A stretch of DNA of 64,000 nt from Myxococcota bacterium (GCA_039194325.1 JBCCWC010000007.1:82611-146610), one strand, 5' to 3'. Positions 8,665 through 19,115 are shown, counted from the first letter of the stretch. Notes: a model not told the origin generated them from the sequence alone. A program made the numbers and translations.

Positions 8665-9702
8665 ATGACCAAGTGGTTCCTCATTGCAGCTCTTCCCCTG
8701 ACGCTGTGCACCTTCGGCTGCGACAGCAACCCCGACCCTGAGCTGGAGCCAGACAGCGACCTGCTCGAGCGACAGCAGGTCGACGCCGAGCAAACTAGCC
8801 GCGAGCGTGGCCGGCGAAACGGCCCCCCCGCCGAGCGGATCTGCAGCCTCGTCGAGTGCTCGACGGACCAGGAGGCTCGGATCCAGGCATTGTTTGGCAA
8901 GGCCCATATCGACGGGCCCAAGCGGGACAACTCCGCCAACAAAGCGGCCAAGGCAGCCCTCGCGGTGAAGTTTCGCACCGACACTCTGACCGCTGATGAC
9001 ATCGAGACCTATCACGCCGCCATGATGGCGAGCCGGCGGGATGCTCACGCCAACGGCACGAGCCGACTAGATGCGCTGGTCGAGCTTCATGACATTCTGA
9101 CGCCGGGACAGCGCTCGCTGCTGGCCGATGAGCTCGAGCACCGCGGGCTCGGACTGCTCGGCAAGCACGGCAAGCACGGCAAGCACGGCAAGCGCGGCAA
9201 ACACGGCGACTTGGGTCGACCGGGCGAGCGCGAAGGTGAAGGCCGTCCGGACCGCTCGCATCGGCGAGTCGAAAAACTGTGCGGGACGCTCGAGTGCACC
9301 GAAGAGCAACGGGCTCAGTTCACCGCGCTGTTCGAGGCCAAGCGGGGCGAGCGACGCGACATGACGGCCGAAGCGAAGGCCGAGCGGGACGACAAGAGGT
9401 CTCACAAGAAGGCCGCTGCACTGGCGCTGGCGACCGCATTTCGAGCCGAGTCGTTCTCTGCGGCCAACATCGACGCCTTCGATGAGGCCATGGCGATGCA
9501 CCGAGGTAAGGAACGACAAGAAGAAAAAGCCGCGTGCGCCGAGCGGAAGGCGCAGACCGTCCTGGAGATCCACGCCCTGTTGACCCCGGAGCAGCGCGAC
9601 CTGGCGGCCACGTTGATCGAAGACAGGGGGATCGGTGCACTCCTGGGCAAGCGGGGCAAGCGAGGCAAGCGAGGCAAGCGGGGCAAGAAGCTCTACGGCT
9701 AA
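8665..9702 (+). CDS. Lipoprotein with two Spy/CpxP-like (LTxxQ) domains
   Basis: Lipobox TFG-C; internal duplication (ERICSLVEC / EKLCGTLEC; LTPGQR / LTPEQR); GKH and GKR tripeptide runs. Confidence 0.8.
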   Translation: MTKWFLIAALPLTLCTFGCDSNPDPELEPDSDLLERQQVDAEQTSRERGRRNGPPAERICSLVECSTDQEARIQALFGKAHIDGPKRDNSANKAAKAALAVKFRTDTLTADDIETYHAAMMASRRDAHANGTSRLDALVELHDILTPGQRSLLADELEHRGLGLLGKHGKHGKHGKRGKHGDLGRPGEREGEGRPDRSHRRVEKLCGTLECTEEQRAQFTALFEAKRGERRDMTAEAKAERDDKRSHKKAAALALATAFRAESFSAANIDAFDEAMAMHRGKERQEEKAACAERKAQTVLEIHALLTPEQRDLAATLIEDRGIGALLGKRGKRGKRGKRGKKLYG

Positions 9703-9790
9703 TCACCACGCGGGCTTTAGTTTGGCGCAGGCCATCGAGGAGTCGCTCGTCGGGCAGACGAGTGACTCCTCGATGCGTTGACCCGGCCCG

Positions 9791-11389
9791 GTGAATAAGA
9801 GCTTTACGCAAGATTTACCGCGCAGTCGCGGCCCGGTGGCGCAACCTGCGGCAAAGTTGACTCCCTTGGTCGAAACTTCTCTAGTCCTCAAGCGAGCCGC
9901 AGTGCTCATCGGCCTGGCGGGCCTCGGGCTCGGTGTGTACCTGTGGCTGGTTCAGGACAACGGCTCTACACGTTCACGACGGCGCCGAGAAGGCGGCCAG
10001 CCCGTGCGGGTGATCGAGGCTAAGGAGTACCCGGCAGTCCCTCGCATTACCGGCTATGGCGTCGTCGCGGCGCAGCAAAGCTGGCAAGGAGTCGCCGAGG
10101 TCGGTGGACGTGTCATCGAGGTCGACGATCGCCTTCAGGTGGGTCGCATCGTGCGAGAAGGTACGGTGCTGCTCAAGATCGATCCCGAGGATCTCGAGCT
10201 CGAGAAGACCAAGTCCGAGTCTAGCGTTCGAGCGGTCAAGGCCCAGATCGCGGAGCTTCGCGCCCAGGAGAAGGGCACCAAAGCCAGCCTCGTGGTCGAG
10301 AAGAAGGTCCTCGCGCTCGCACGCAAAGAGCTCGATCGTACCCAGGGCCTCTACGAGTCGGATGCCTCGTCGCTCGCCGAGCTCGAGACCGCGGAGCGAG
10401 AGGTGCTCGCGGCCGAGAAGGCGGTGATCGCCTTGGAGAACACGCTCGCGGAGTCACCGGCCAGCCGGCGGGTACTCGAAGCACAGCTCGAGCAGCTGGA
10501 GGCCGGGGTCACCGGGGCGGGGCTCCAGCTCGCCCGGACCGAAGTTGTCGCCCCGTTCACGATGCAGATCCGCGAGGTCAATGCCACGGTGGGCCAGGCG
10601 GTGTCTTCGAGCGCGATCCTGGTGGTGGGGGACGGAGTGCGAGCGGTAGAGGTCACGGCCAAGCTTCCGGTCGGCGCCATCGATCCCTTGTTGCCCGCAC
10701 GCCCGGATCGTCCGCCTCGACGCGAGGCCAGCGACACCGCGAGCACCGACGCACCCACGCAGCCGGAGCCCTCGGCCACCGCGGACACCACCCCAACCCC
10801 TCCCCCAACCCCTCCCACAACCCCCCCACAAGCTACATCCGGACGCGACCGGGATTCCGCGGGAGGCGACCGACCTCGCCGCCGGCGAGGGCGACTCGAC
10901 CAGATCGCAGAGGCACTCGAGGCCACGGTGACCCTCGAGACTACGGCCGTACGCGAAAGCTGGCCCGCCCGGTTCACTCGCTTCGCGGGGATCGACGAGG
11001 CCAGCCGCACGCTCGGCGTCGTGGTCGCCGTGGACGAACCTCGGGCCGCCCGCCGTAAGCGGCGGGTGCGGCTATCGCCTGGTCTACACGTCGAGGTCGA
11101 GCTTCGCGGCAAGCCCAAGCCCGGGTGCCTCGCGCTACCCACCGAGGCCGTGCACGGCGACACCGTGCACGTAGCCAGCGTCGAGGATCGCCTCGAGCTA
11201 CGACAGGTGGTGCTCTTATGGGCCCAAGAGGACTTCGTGTGCGTGGCCGAGGGGCTCGCGGCTGGCGATCGCGTCGTCACGACGCCACTTTCACCGGCGG
11301 TCGCCGGCATGCTGCTCGAGCCTACCGTCGACGAGTTCGAGGCCCGACGGCTGGTGAAGCTCGTCAGTGAGGGGCAACCCGAGTCGTGA
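9791..11389 (+). CDS. RND efflux periplasmic adaptor (membrane fusion protein)
   Basis: N-terminal TM, lipoyl-like halves (AEVGGRV...APFTMQI), coiled coil, GLAAGDRVV; start uncertain. Confidence 0.9.
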   Translation: MNKSFTQDLPRSRGPVAQPAAKLTPLVETSLVLKRAAVLIGLAGLGLGVYLWLVQDNGSTRSRRRREGGQPVRVIEAKEYPAVPRITGYGVVAAQQSWQGVAEVGGRVIEVDDRLQVGRIVREGTVLLKIDPEDLELEKTKSESSVRAVKAQIAELRAQEKGTKASLVVEKKVLALARKELDRTQGLYESDASSLAELETAEREVLAAEKAVIALENTLAESPASRRVLEAQLEQLEAGVTGAGLQLARTEVVAPFTMQIREVNATVGQAVSSSAILVVGDGVRAVEVTAKLPVGAIDPLLPARPDRPPRREASDTASTDAPTQPEPSATADTTPTPPPTPPTTPPQATSGRDRDSAGGDRPRRRRGRLDQIAEALEATVTLETTAVRESWPARFTRFAGIDEASRTLGVVVAVDEPRAARRKRRVRLSPGLHVEVELRGKPKPGCLALPTEAVHGDTVHVASVEDRLELRQVVLLWAQEDFVCVAEGLAAGDRVVTTPLSPAVAGMLLEPTVDEFEARRLVKLVSEGQPES

Positions 11390-14300
11390 TCGAGTACTTC
11401 GCGCGGCATCCGACGGCCGCCAACCTGCTGATGCTGGTGGTCGTGCTGCTAGGGGCGCTCGGGATCCCACAGCTCCAGCGCGAGACCTACCCACAGTTCG
11501 AGACCGACACCCTCCAGGTGAGCGTGTCGTTCGCCGGGGCCGACGCTCAGGTGATGGATCAAGACGTCGTCGAGCGGATCGAAGACGTCTTGGGCGGCAT
11601 GGAGGGGATCCTCTCCATGACCTCTACGGCCCGGGATGGCGGAGCCTCGATCACGATAGAGGCACAGGACGGCGCCTCGGTGGAGACACTCCTGACCGAC
11701 GTAAAGTCGGCGGTCGACTCCATCCAGGACTTTCCCGAGGGCATGGAGGAGCCGGTCGTCACGCGGCGGACCCGCTCGCGAAGCGTATTGACGATCGCGG
11801 TGACCGGCCCCATGTCGGGACAAGATCTGCTGCTCTACCTTGCCCAGCTCAAGCGACGCCTGCTCGCCCACGACGAGGTCACGCAGGTAAGCATCGCGGG
11901 TTTCTCGACCCACCAGCTGCGAATACGGCTCGATCCATCGGCGCTCGCGCGCTACGCACTCAACGTCGAGACCGTCTCCCAAGCGGTCGCGGCCCAGAGC
12001 CTCGACAACCCGCTGGGGAGCCTGGAGACCCGGACCGGCAGCATCTTGGTGCGCTACGCCGATCGGCGCACCACCCCTGAGGCGTTGGCATCGCTGGTCG
12101 TGGCTACGGCCGAGGGGGGGGGCGAGATCCGACTGCGCGACGTGGCGGAGGTCGACGACGCGTTCGCGGTGGAAGAAGAGCAGACCTATTTCAATGGTCA
12201 GCGCGCGGGCCTGCTGGTGGTCGACAAGGCCTCCACCGAAGACAGCCTCGACGTCCGCGATGCGGTGCAAGAGTTCCTCGATGAGCAGCAGCGGGTCAAG
12301 CCCGATGGTGTAGAGCTGGCGATCATCAACGACTCCACCTCGGTCATCGAAGACCGGCTCGCGCTGCTGCTCACCAACGGCGTACAGGGCCTGCTGCTGG
12401 TGTTCCTGACCCTGTGGCTGTTCTTCGACCTACGGCTGGCCTTCTGGGTGGCGGTGGGGCTGCCGGTCTCGTTTCTTGGTGCGCTGTGGTTGATGCAGCA
12501 GACCGGTCAGTCCCTCAACATGATGACGATGATGGGGCTGCTGGTCGCGCTCGGCCTGCTGATGGACGATGCGATCGTGCTCGCTGAGAACGTGGCCTCG
12601 CACCTGGCGCGCGGCGTCGGGCCGCTGCGAGCGGCTGTCGATGGGGTGCAGGAGGTCGCCGGCGGGGTGCTCTCCTCCTTCGTCACCACGATCTGCGTCT
12701 TCGTGCCGCTCTCGGCGATCGATGGCCGGATCGGGCGCACCCTCCAGGTGATCCCCGCGGTGCTCATCGCGGTGCTCGCCGTGAGCCTCATCGAGGCATT
12801 CTTGATCCTGCCCAATCACTTGGGCCACTCGCTTCGCCACTCGGTTGCCGGGCGTCAGGCTCCCAACCGCTTCCGGCGCATATTCGATGCCGCCTTCGAC
12901 GCTGTCCGCGAGCGTGGCCTGGGTCGCCTGGTCGACTTCGCCGTGCGTCACCGGTATGGGGCCATGGGCTTGACCGTGGCGGCCTTGTTGATCTCGGCCG
13001 GGGTGCTCGAGGGCGGACACCTGCGCTATCAGGCTTTTCCAGACACCGAGGGCAACACCGTCGAGCTCCGGCTTGCGCTGCCCATCGGCACCGCGCTGCC
13101 CCAGACGATGCTCGAGGTCGAGCGCGTCGTAGAGGCGGCCCAGAGGGCGGGGGCGGCCTTTAGCGCCGATCAACCGGAGGGCGAGCGGCTGGTCCGCAAC
13201 ACCTCCGCTCGCTTCAACTACAACCCCGACGTCGACGAAACGGGACCCCACGTGGCCACGATAACCGTCGATCTACTGGACGTAGAGCGTCGCGGTACGA
13301 CCCTCGCGGATTTCACTTCACGGTGGCGCGAGGAGCTAGGTCCTCTCCCTAGCGCGGTATCGGCCAAGTTCGGCCAGGGGGGTCGCCGTGGCCCCGGCGG
13401 CAACCCCGTCGAGGTCCGGTTGCTCGGAGACGATCTCGATCGACTCGACGATGCGGCGAGCCACGTCCGGGAATGGCTGGCGCGCAACCCCGCGGTGTCC
13501 GATCTCTCCGACGACCTCGAACCCGGTAGCACGCAGATCCGCCTGCGCATGCGCCCCGGCGCCGGCGCGACGGGCCTCACCGGCGCCACCCTCTCCGCCC
13601 TCCTCAAGAGTGCGCTCTGGGGGGTCACGGTAGAGACGCTCTACCACGAGGGGGAGCAATTCGAGGTGTACGTGGAGCTCGAGCCACAGGCTCGCGACAC
13701 CGTGGCCGACCTCGAGCACTTCCCGATCGTGGTCGATGAGGGAGTGACCGTACCGCTGGGCTCGCTGGCCTATATCGAGCCCCACAAGAGCTTCGCGCGG
13801 ATCCGCCGACGCAATGGGGCCCGTACGGTGACCGTGAGCGGAGCGATCGACCGCGAGCAGGCCAACCTCGCCCAGCTCATGGAGCGCTTCGCACAAGAAG
13901 CCATCCCACAGATCGAGGCCGAGTTCCCTGATGTATCGATCGAGATCGGCGGCGAGATCGAGGACTCCAACGAGACCCTCGGCTCGATGGCCAAGGGAAT
14001 GGTCCTGGGGCTATTTGCCATCTTCGCGCTGCTGAGCCTGCAGTTTCGCAGCTATATAGAGCCGCTGGTGGTCATGCTGGCGATCCCCTTCGCGTTCGTA
14101 GGCGTGGTGGTTGGCAGCCTGGCGCTGGGCATGCCGCTGTCCTCCCAGGCGGTGCTCGGCTTCGTGTCGCTGGCCGGCGTGGTCGTCAACGACTCGATCC
14201 TCCTGATGGTCTTCATCAAGGAGGCTCGCGCCCGAGGAGCCAGCGTCGATGAGGCAGTGACCCGAGCCAGCCGTAGTCGTTTTCGGGCGGTGCTCTTGAC

Positions 14301-14547
14301 CTCGGCGACCACCGTGGCCGGGCTCGTGCCGCTGATGTTCGAGACCAGCCGGCAGGCCCAGATGCTGATCCCCGTGGCGACGAGCATCACCTTCGGCATT
14401 GCCGCCTCCACGGTGTTGGTGCTCGTCGTGCTCCCCGCGCTCTACGCAATCCTGGGCGACCTGCGGCTGGTCTCGTCTCCGGCCGCGTCCGATCCGGTCG
14501 CGTCCGATCCGGTCGAGCCCGCTTCGGTCGAAGCTCGTAGCTCCTAG
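11386..14547 (+). CDS. RND efflux transporter permease (AcrB family)
   Basis: 1053 aa, two-repeat TM topology, LGLLMDDAIVLAEN, GVVVNDSI, RFRAVLLTS; GTGA overlap with the adaptor gene. Confidence 0.95.
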   Translation: MIEYFARHPTAANLLMLVVVLLGALGIPQLQRETYPQFETDTLQVSVSFAGADAQVMDQDVVERIEDVLGGMEGILSMTSTARDGGASITIEAQDGASVETLLTDVKSAVDSIQDFPEGMEEPVVTRRTRSRSVLTIAVTGPMSGQDLLLYLAQLKRRLLAHDEVTQVSIAGFSTHQLRIRLDPSALARYALNVETVSQAVAAQSLDNPLGSLETRTGSILVRYADRRTTPEALASLVVATAEGGGEIRLRDVAEVDDAFAVEEEQTYFNGQRAGLLVVDKASTEDSLDVRDAVQEFLDEQQRVKPDGVELAIINDSTSVIEDRLALLLTNGVQGLLLVFLTLWLFFDLRLAFWVAVGLPVSFLGALWLMQQTGQSLNMMTMMGLLVALGLLMDDAIVLAENVASHLARGVGPLRAAVDGVQEVAGGVLSSFVTTICVFVPLSAIDGRIGRTLQVIPAVLIAVLAVSLIEAFLILPNHLGHSLRHSVAGRQAPNRFRRIFDAAFDAVRERGLGRLVDFAVRHRYGAMGLTVAALLISAGVLEGGHLRYQAFPDTEGNTVELRLALPIGTALPQTMLEVERVVEAAQRAGAAFSADQPEGERLVRNTSARFNYNPDVDETGPHVATITVDLLDVERRGTTLADFTSRWREELGPLPSAVSAKFGQGGRRGPGGNPVEVRLLGDDLDRLDDAASHVREWLARNPAVSDLSDDLEPGSTQIRLRMRPGAGATGLTGATLSALLKSALWGVTVETLYHEGEQFEVYVELEPQARDTVADLEHFPIVVDEGVTVPLGSLAYIEPHKSFARIRRRNGARTVTVSGAIDREQANLAQLMERFAQEAIPQIEAEFPDVSIEIGGEIEDSNETLGSMAKGMVLGLFAIFALLSLQFRSYIEPLVVMLAIPFAFVGVVVGSLALGMPLSSQAVLGFVSLAGVVVNDSILLMVFIKEARARGASVDEAVTRASRSRFRAVLLTSATTVAGLVPLMFETSRQAQMLIPVATSITFGIAASTVLVLVVLPALYAILGDLRLVSSPAASDPVASDPVEPASVEARSS

Positions 14548-14617
14548 GAGCTCCAGACCACGACCTCTGCGGCGCCGGGATCTGACCCGCTCGGGCGTGG
14601 AGTCGGGCGCCCCTGGC

Positions 14618-15406
14618 TCACAGGAGCTTCGAGGCGCACTCGCGCAGCTCGTGCATCGTCTTGGCCTTCATCGCGCAGTCGACCTCGGCCTTCGTCCCCT
14701 GATCGACACAGGCCGAGAGCACGTCGGCCTTCACCTCTTCGAGGATCTCCTTGACCAGCTCGGCCTGATCCTTGGCGTCGTCCATGGCGAGCTTTTCGAA
14801 TTGATCGAAGAACCCGCTGCAGGTCGCCTGGTCGAGGCCATCGCCGTGGGGCTTGTCGTGCAAGAGCTTCTCCGCCTCTTGCGCGGCGGCATCACAGGCA
14901 TCGAGCTCGGCGGCGCTCTTGGCCTCCATCAGGCACTGGGCCAGCTGCGCGTAGATCTCCGGCCCGAGCTGCACGATGCGATGCTCGATCTTCTTGACGC
15001 AGGGCTTGATGTCGTCGCCGGTCCCCCGGATCTTCGCCACGTGCCGACAGACCTCCTCGACGTTGGTCAACTTCTCCGCGTGGTGTGAAAGCTCGCGCAG
15101 GTCCTCGCCGTCGATCGCCTCGTCGGTCTCGAGCGCCGCCGCCGAGCGCGCCAGGATGCCGGACTTGTCCGCCGAGATGTCGAAGTGTTTCTCGGCCACC
15201 GTGGCCAGCACCGCCTTCGAGTCTGCGGACTTGGCGGCTTTGCCCTTGCCGTCCTTGTCCTTGCCGTCCTTGTTGGCGACTTCGCCCTTCTTGGCCGTTT
15301 CACCTTTCTTGGCCGTTTCATCTTTCTTGGCCGTCGACTTGTCGCCGTCACACGCGAGCAGGAGGGAGAGCGCAGCAATGAACAGCCGGGTGCCAGAACG
15401 AGTCAC
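14618..15406 (-). CDS. Cys-rich helical lipoprotein, hypothetical
   Basis: GTG 15406 gives signal peptide with LLA-C; Lys-rich linker; paired cysteines. Confidence 0.75.
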   Translation of the reverse strand: MTRSGTRLFIAALSLLLACDGDKSTAKKDETAKKGETAKKGEVANKDGKDKDGKGKAAKSADSKAVLATVAEKHFDISADKSGILARSAAALETDEAIDGEDLRELSHHAEKLTNVEEVCRHVAKIRGTGDDIKPCVKKIEHRIVQLGPEIYAQLAQCLMEAKSAAELDACDAAAQEAEKLLHDKPHGDGLDQATCSGFFDQFEKLAMDDAKDQAELVKEILEEVKADVLSACVDQGTKAEVDCAMKAKTMHELRECASKLL

Positions 15407-15612
15407 GATGGAGAAAGTAGCGGCCCTCGGACCACCAAGGCAACCGGGGAGACACCGAAAGCGCCCGACGGCGCCCGACGGCGCCCGACGGCCTCGGATG
15501 GCGCCCGATGGCGCTGGCAAGCCCTCGATGGACGTTTGCTCGCTGGGGCTCGCTACGCTCTTCGCAGCGTCGTGATGTCCGAAGGCTCGGGTGAGCATGG
15601 CATAGTGAGCCC

Positions 15613-16209
15613 ATGCGCTTCGACACGATGCTCGCGTGCTCACTGGTGCTCGGAGCATGCCAGGGGGATCCCGAGCTGCCTCCTCCTCCCGTCGACAATG
15701 GTCGCTCGGATGGACCCGTGATGCCTCCGTCGGGAGCCACCGGCTCCTTGACGGACTCGACGGCGACGACCATGCAGGACATCACCGGCACGGCCGACAC
15801 CACCGATGGGACTACGTCCACCGGCACCGGCGCCGGCACCGGCACCAGCGCTGGCTCGGGTCGCCTCTTGCTCACGGGGCGACTACTCGAAGGTTCCGCC
15901 CAGCTCATCCCCAACAGCTGCCAGATCCGCCTACACACTCCCGAGTCGATCGACCCGGCCACCGGGTTCGCCGTGGACACCGCGGTCGAGGTCACGACGA
16001 ACGTCCTGAACCTGCCCCATATGTACTCGGTCTATGAACCCCCCGACATGGCGATCGGCATCGGGGACGAGGTCTACGTCACCACCCAATGTGATTCCGA
16101 CGGAGACGGCACACTCGACCCGGTCGGCGGTTACTACCCGCAGCTCCCGATGGAGCCGGTGAGCCTGCCGGACATGGGGATCGACATGGCGCTGGACTTT
16201 GCGCTCTGA
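15613..16209 (+). CDS. Lipoprotein, hypothetical
   Basis: Lipobox LGA-C; Thr/Gly-rich linker; C-terminal beta domain with DSDGDG. Confidence 0.75.
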   Translation: MRFDTMLACSLVLGACQGDPELPPPPVDNGRSDGPVMPPSGATGSLTDSTATTMQDITGTADTTDGTTSTGTGAGTGTSAGSGRLLLTGRLLEGSAQLIPNSCQIRLHTPESIDPATGFAVDTAVEVTTNVLNLPHMYSVYEPPDMAIGIGDEVYVTTQCDSDGDGTLDPVGGYYPQLPMEPVSLPDMGIDMALDFAL

Positions 16210-16227
16210 GGCTCGACCAGGGTTCGT

Positions 16228-17250
16228 CTACTCGGACGCTCCGGCCGCCTCGGCGTTGCTCGTGGTCTCGCCATCGCCCGCCGGGGTGGCCGACGCGCCG
16301 TCGTCGACACACTCGCCGGCGCCTACGTAGTCGGGATCACAGGGATCGGTGAGCTGCTGGGTGGCGTCGCCCGCCGGCGCGACCGCTTGCTTGCCTCCCT
16401 TGGACCACTGGGCGTCGATCTCGGTGAGGACCGAGGTCTGCCCCACGATCTCCATGCGGATCGTGCGTTCCACGGCCACCGGGTGGCCTTGTGAGGCGCA
16501 GAAGGTCACCTCGGTGTCGATCTTCTGCTGGATCTCGAAGGTCTGCTCCCCGCGCGAGCGCTGGGCCTGCACCTGGGCCGCATACACGAGCTGGGCGATC
16601 TCTCGGCCCGCGTCGTCACGACCGAGCCCCCGCAGGCTCCCCGTGTTCGACGACGAGACGACCCCCTCGCGCGGCGTGCTGGACTTGGCGTCCCACTGCT
16701 CGCCGTCCTTGACCGGCTGCTCGGGCACCCGCACCGAGAACCCCGCCGTGAGCGCGCTGGCGATCATGCCCATGATGTCCTGGATCTCGGGTGACGCATC
16801 CGCGGGAGGATCGGGTACCCCGTCGACCTCGCCTCGCTCGTTGAGGTTGAAGGGCAGCTGCATGCCGTTCAACGAGGCCGCCTTCTCCGGAGTCATCCCG
16901 CCCGTCAACATCGCCACCATCGCGGGCGGGATCCCCTCAGGTGGCCGTAGCGAGAGCTTGATGGCCTCGATCGTCGCGTCCACCACCATGGCGTCACCGA
17001 TCTTCTGAGCCTGCACCAACAGCTCGACGTCGAACTCGATCGTCGTCACCATATCCCCCTTGAGGGTCTGGGCCGAGCTGCGCATCTTGACGTGGCCGCG
17101 GTAGGTCTGACCTGCGGTGAGGTCATAGCGAAGGCTGACGCCCGCCTCGGGGACCTCCACCTCGGTGAGTGTCTGCTTGTTGGTGCAGCCAGGGCCTAGG
17201 GGCAACGCGAGCGCGACGGCTACGAACAGCGACGAGGTGCGGCGAAGCAT
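16228..17250 (-). CDS. Lipoprotein, hypothetical
   Basis: Signal peptide ending GPG-C; beta-rich body; acidic Cys tail (DPCDPDYVGAGEC). Confidence 0.75.
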   Translation of the reverse strand: MLRRTSSLFVAVALALPLGPGCTNKQTLTEVEVPEAGVSLRYDLTAGQTYRGHVKMRSSAQTLKGDMVTTIEFDVELLVQAQKIGDAMVVDATIEAIKLSLRPPEGIPPAMVAMLTGGMTPEKAASLNGMQLPFNLNERGEVDGVPDPPADASPEIQDIMGMIASALTAGFSVRVPEQPVKDGEQWDAKSSTPREGVVSSSNTGSLRGLGRDDAGREIAQLVYAAQVQAQRSRGEQTFEIQQKIDTEVTFCASQGHPVAVERTIRMEIVGQTSVLTEIDAQWSKGGKQAVAPAGDATQQLTDPCDPDYVGAGECVDDGASATPAGDGETTSNAEAAGASE

Positions 17251-17324
17251 GGCCGCGTTCTATATCAGCTCTACCGATAGGGTCCACACACCGGGGACCC
17301 GCGAGCGCTCATTGCCTCTCGCGC

Positions 17325-18086
17325 TCACTGAGTTGCCGCGCGGTCACCATTGGCCTCGATCGCGGCTGACAAGAACGCCGCGACGCCCTCGCCGTGCTTG
17401 TCGAGGTTCTGCTCGAAGCGCGAGTCGGCCATGTACATCTGCCCGAGGTTGCGGTGCATCTGGTGGCTACACGAGTAGAAGAACCGGTCGATCTGCAGGC
17501 GATGCTCCTCGGCCAGATCCATCGCCGCCTCGTCGGTGGGCGCGGTCCCGGCCGCCACCTCGGCGGCGATCCTCTGCATCAGCTCGTCGGTCTCCGACTT
17601 GATCCGCGCCCAATCCTCCCGGGAGTAGCCCCGGGTGCGCTCCGTGCTCTGGGCGTACGCCTTGGTGTGTCCCCAGCGTTCCTTGACCTCGTCCTCGTAC
17701 TCGGCGGGATCGAAGCCATCGAACAATTCCTTCATGTTCACGATCTGTTCTCCTTGCAAGGCTCGTAGCGCGGCATCGACCGCGCGGATCATGGCGTTGG
17801 TTTGCTGCACCCGCGCCCGCAGGCGAGCGCGCTGCTTGAGTAAGACCTGGCGCGGATCGTGGGTGGGATCGGCGAGGATCGCCCGGATCCGCTCCAGCGG
17901 GAGCCCCAGCTCGCGGTGCACCAGGATCTGCTGCAGCCGCAGCAGATCCGCCTCGGAGTACTCGCGATAGCCGGCGCTCGTGCGACGCGGCGACAGCAGG
18001 CCGATCGCATCGTAGTGGTGCAGCGTACGCACGGTCACTCCGCTGAGCCGAGCGACCTCTTTGACCTTGTAGGTTCGAGCAGCCAC
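17325..18086 (-). CDS. tipA: MerR-family regulator with TipAS antibiotic-recognition domain
   Basis: HTH VARLSGVTVRTLHHYDAIGLL; TipAS motifs YEDEVKERWG, AEEHR, LGQMYMADSRF. Confidence 0.92.
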   Translation of the reverse strand: MAARTYKVKEVARLSGVTVRTLHHYDAIGLLSPRRTSAGYREYSEADLLRLQQILVHRELGLPLERIRAILADPTHDPRQVLLKQRARLRARVQQTNAMIRAVDAALRALQGEQIVNMKELFDGFDPAEYEDEVKERWGHTKAYAQSTERTRGYSREDWARIKSETDELMQRIAAEVAAGTAPTDEAAMDLAEEHRLQIDRFFYSCSHQMHRNLGQMYMADSRFEQNLDKHGEGVAAFLSAAIEANGDRAATQ

Positions 18087-18092
18087 GCGCTC

Positions 18093-18123
18093 AAGCTACG
18101 GCCTCACGTAGCGTGAGGGTCAA
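18093..18123 (-). promoter_or_regulatory. MerR-type promoter/operator for tipA (probably leaderless)
   Basis: -35 TTGACC, 19-bp spacer with dyad CCTCACG-N3-CGTGAGG (18102-18118), -10 TAGCTT 6 nt before the GTG start. Confidence 0.85.
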
Positions 18124-18249
18124 GGGATTTTTTGTTCGCCCGCTCGCCCCGCGAGCGTTCGGGTCGTCACGCGGCTGACGAGCCCCAGGCCAACCCCAGG
18201 CCAACCTCAGGCGCACCTCGGGCCAACCCCAATCACGAACCCAGGCCTG

Positions 18250-19092
18250 CTATCGCCGCCGCCGTAGGTGCCGGGTGGCTTCGGGGGAGAGCAACAGCTC
18301 GCGGAGCGCGGCCACGGCCGGCGGCAGGCGATCCACCCCGCGATGCGCCAGCATCATGGGCCGTTCGATCGGCGTTCGCGGATCTCGGACCCGCACCAGC
18401 CGACGCTCGCGCAGATCGTTGACCACCGCGTGTCGGCTGATCAGCGCCACGCCGATCCCCGCCCGCACATTGCCCTTGATCCCCGCCAGACTCCCCAGCT
18501 CCATCACGATGTCGGCCTCGGGGAAGTGAGTATCGAGGATCATCCGCGTGATCGCGCCCTGGCGCAGCGTCACGAAGGGGCGGTCGCGTGCGCACGACCC
18601 CGGCGCGCCGACAACGATCAGCTCGTCGACGAACCACGGCTCGTGCCCCTCAGCGGTGACGATCGCCATGTCGAGCTCGCCCCGCTCGAGGGCGTCGAGC
18701 GCCTCGTTGGTGGTGGTCTCGCGCAAGAAGTAGCGGATCCCGGGGTGGCGCTCGCGATAGCGGGCAAGCACGGGCGGCAGCAGATAGGTCACCGCGGTGA
18801 CCCCCGCGCCCAGCCGAACCTCGCCCGCCCGCAGCTCCATGACCTCGGCGACCGCCCGTCGACCATCCTCGAGCGCGGCCAGGCTCGCCCGCGCTCGCGG
18901 CAAGAGGGCCTCCCCGGCCACCGTCAGCCGGGCGCCATCGCGACCACGATGCAGCAAGCGAGCGCCGAGCGCCTCCTCGAGCCGGCGCACCGAGGCTGAG
19001 AGCGCCGGCTGCGAGAGGTGGGCGTGCCGAGCCGCCTCGGTGAACGTGCCGTGCTCGACGATGAGCAGCAGGTGCCGGAGCTCGTCGTACAC
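18250..19092 (-). CDS. LysR-family transcriptional regulator
   Basis: HTH FTEAARHAHLSQPALSASVRRLEEALG plus substrate-binding domain. Confidence 0.95.
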   Translation of the reverse strand: MYDELRHLLLIVEHGTFTEAARHAHLSQPALSASVRRLEEALGARLLHRGRDGARLTVAGEALLPRARASLAALEDGRRAVAEVMELRAGEVRLGAGVTAVTYLLPPVLARYRERHPGIRYFLRETTTNEALDALERGELDMAIVTAEGHEPWFVDELIVVGAPGSCARDRPFVTLRQGAITRMILDTHFPEADIVMELGSLAGIKGNVRAGIGVALISRHAVVNDLRERRLVRVRDPRTPIERPMMLAHRGVDRLPPAVAALRELLLSPEATRHLRRRR

Positions 19093-19115
19093 TCGGTCAT
19101 CCTTCCATCATTATT

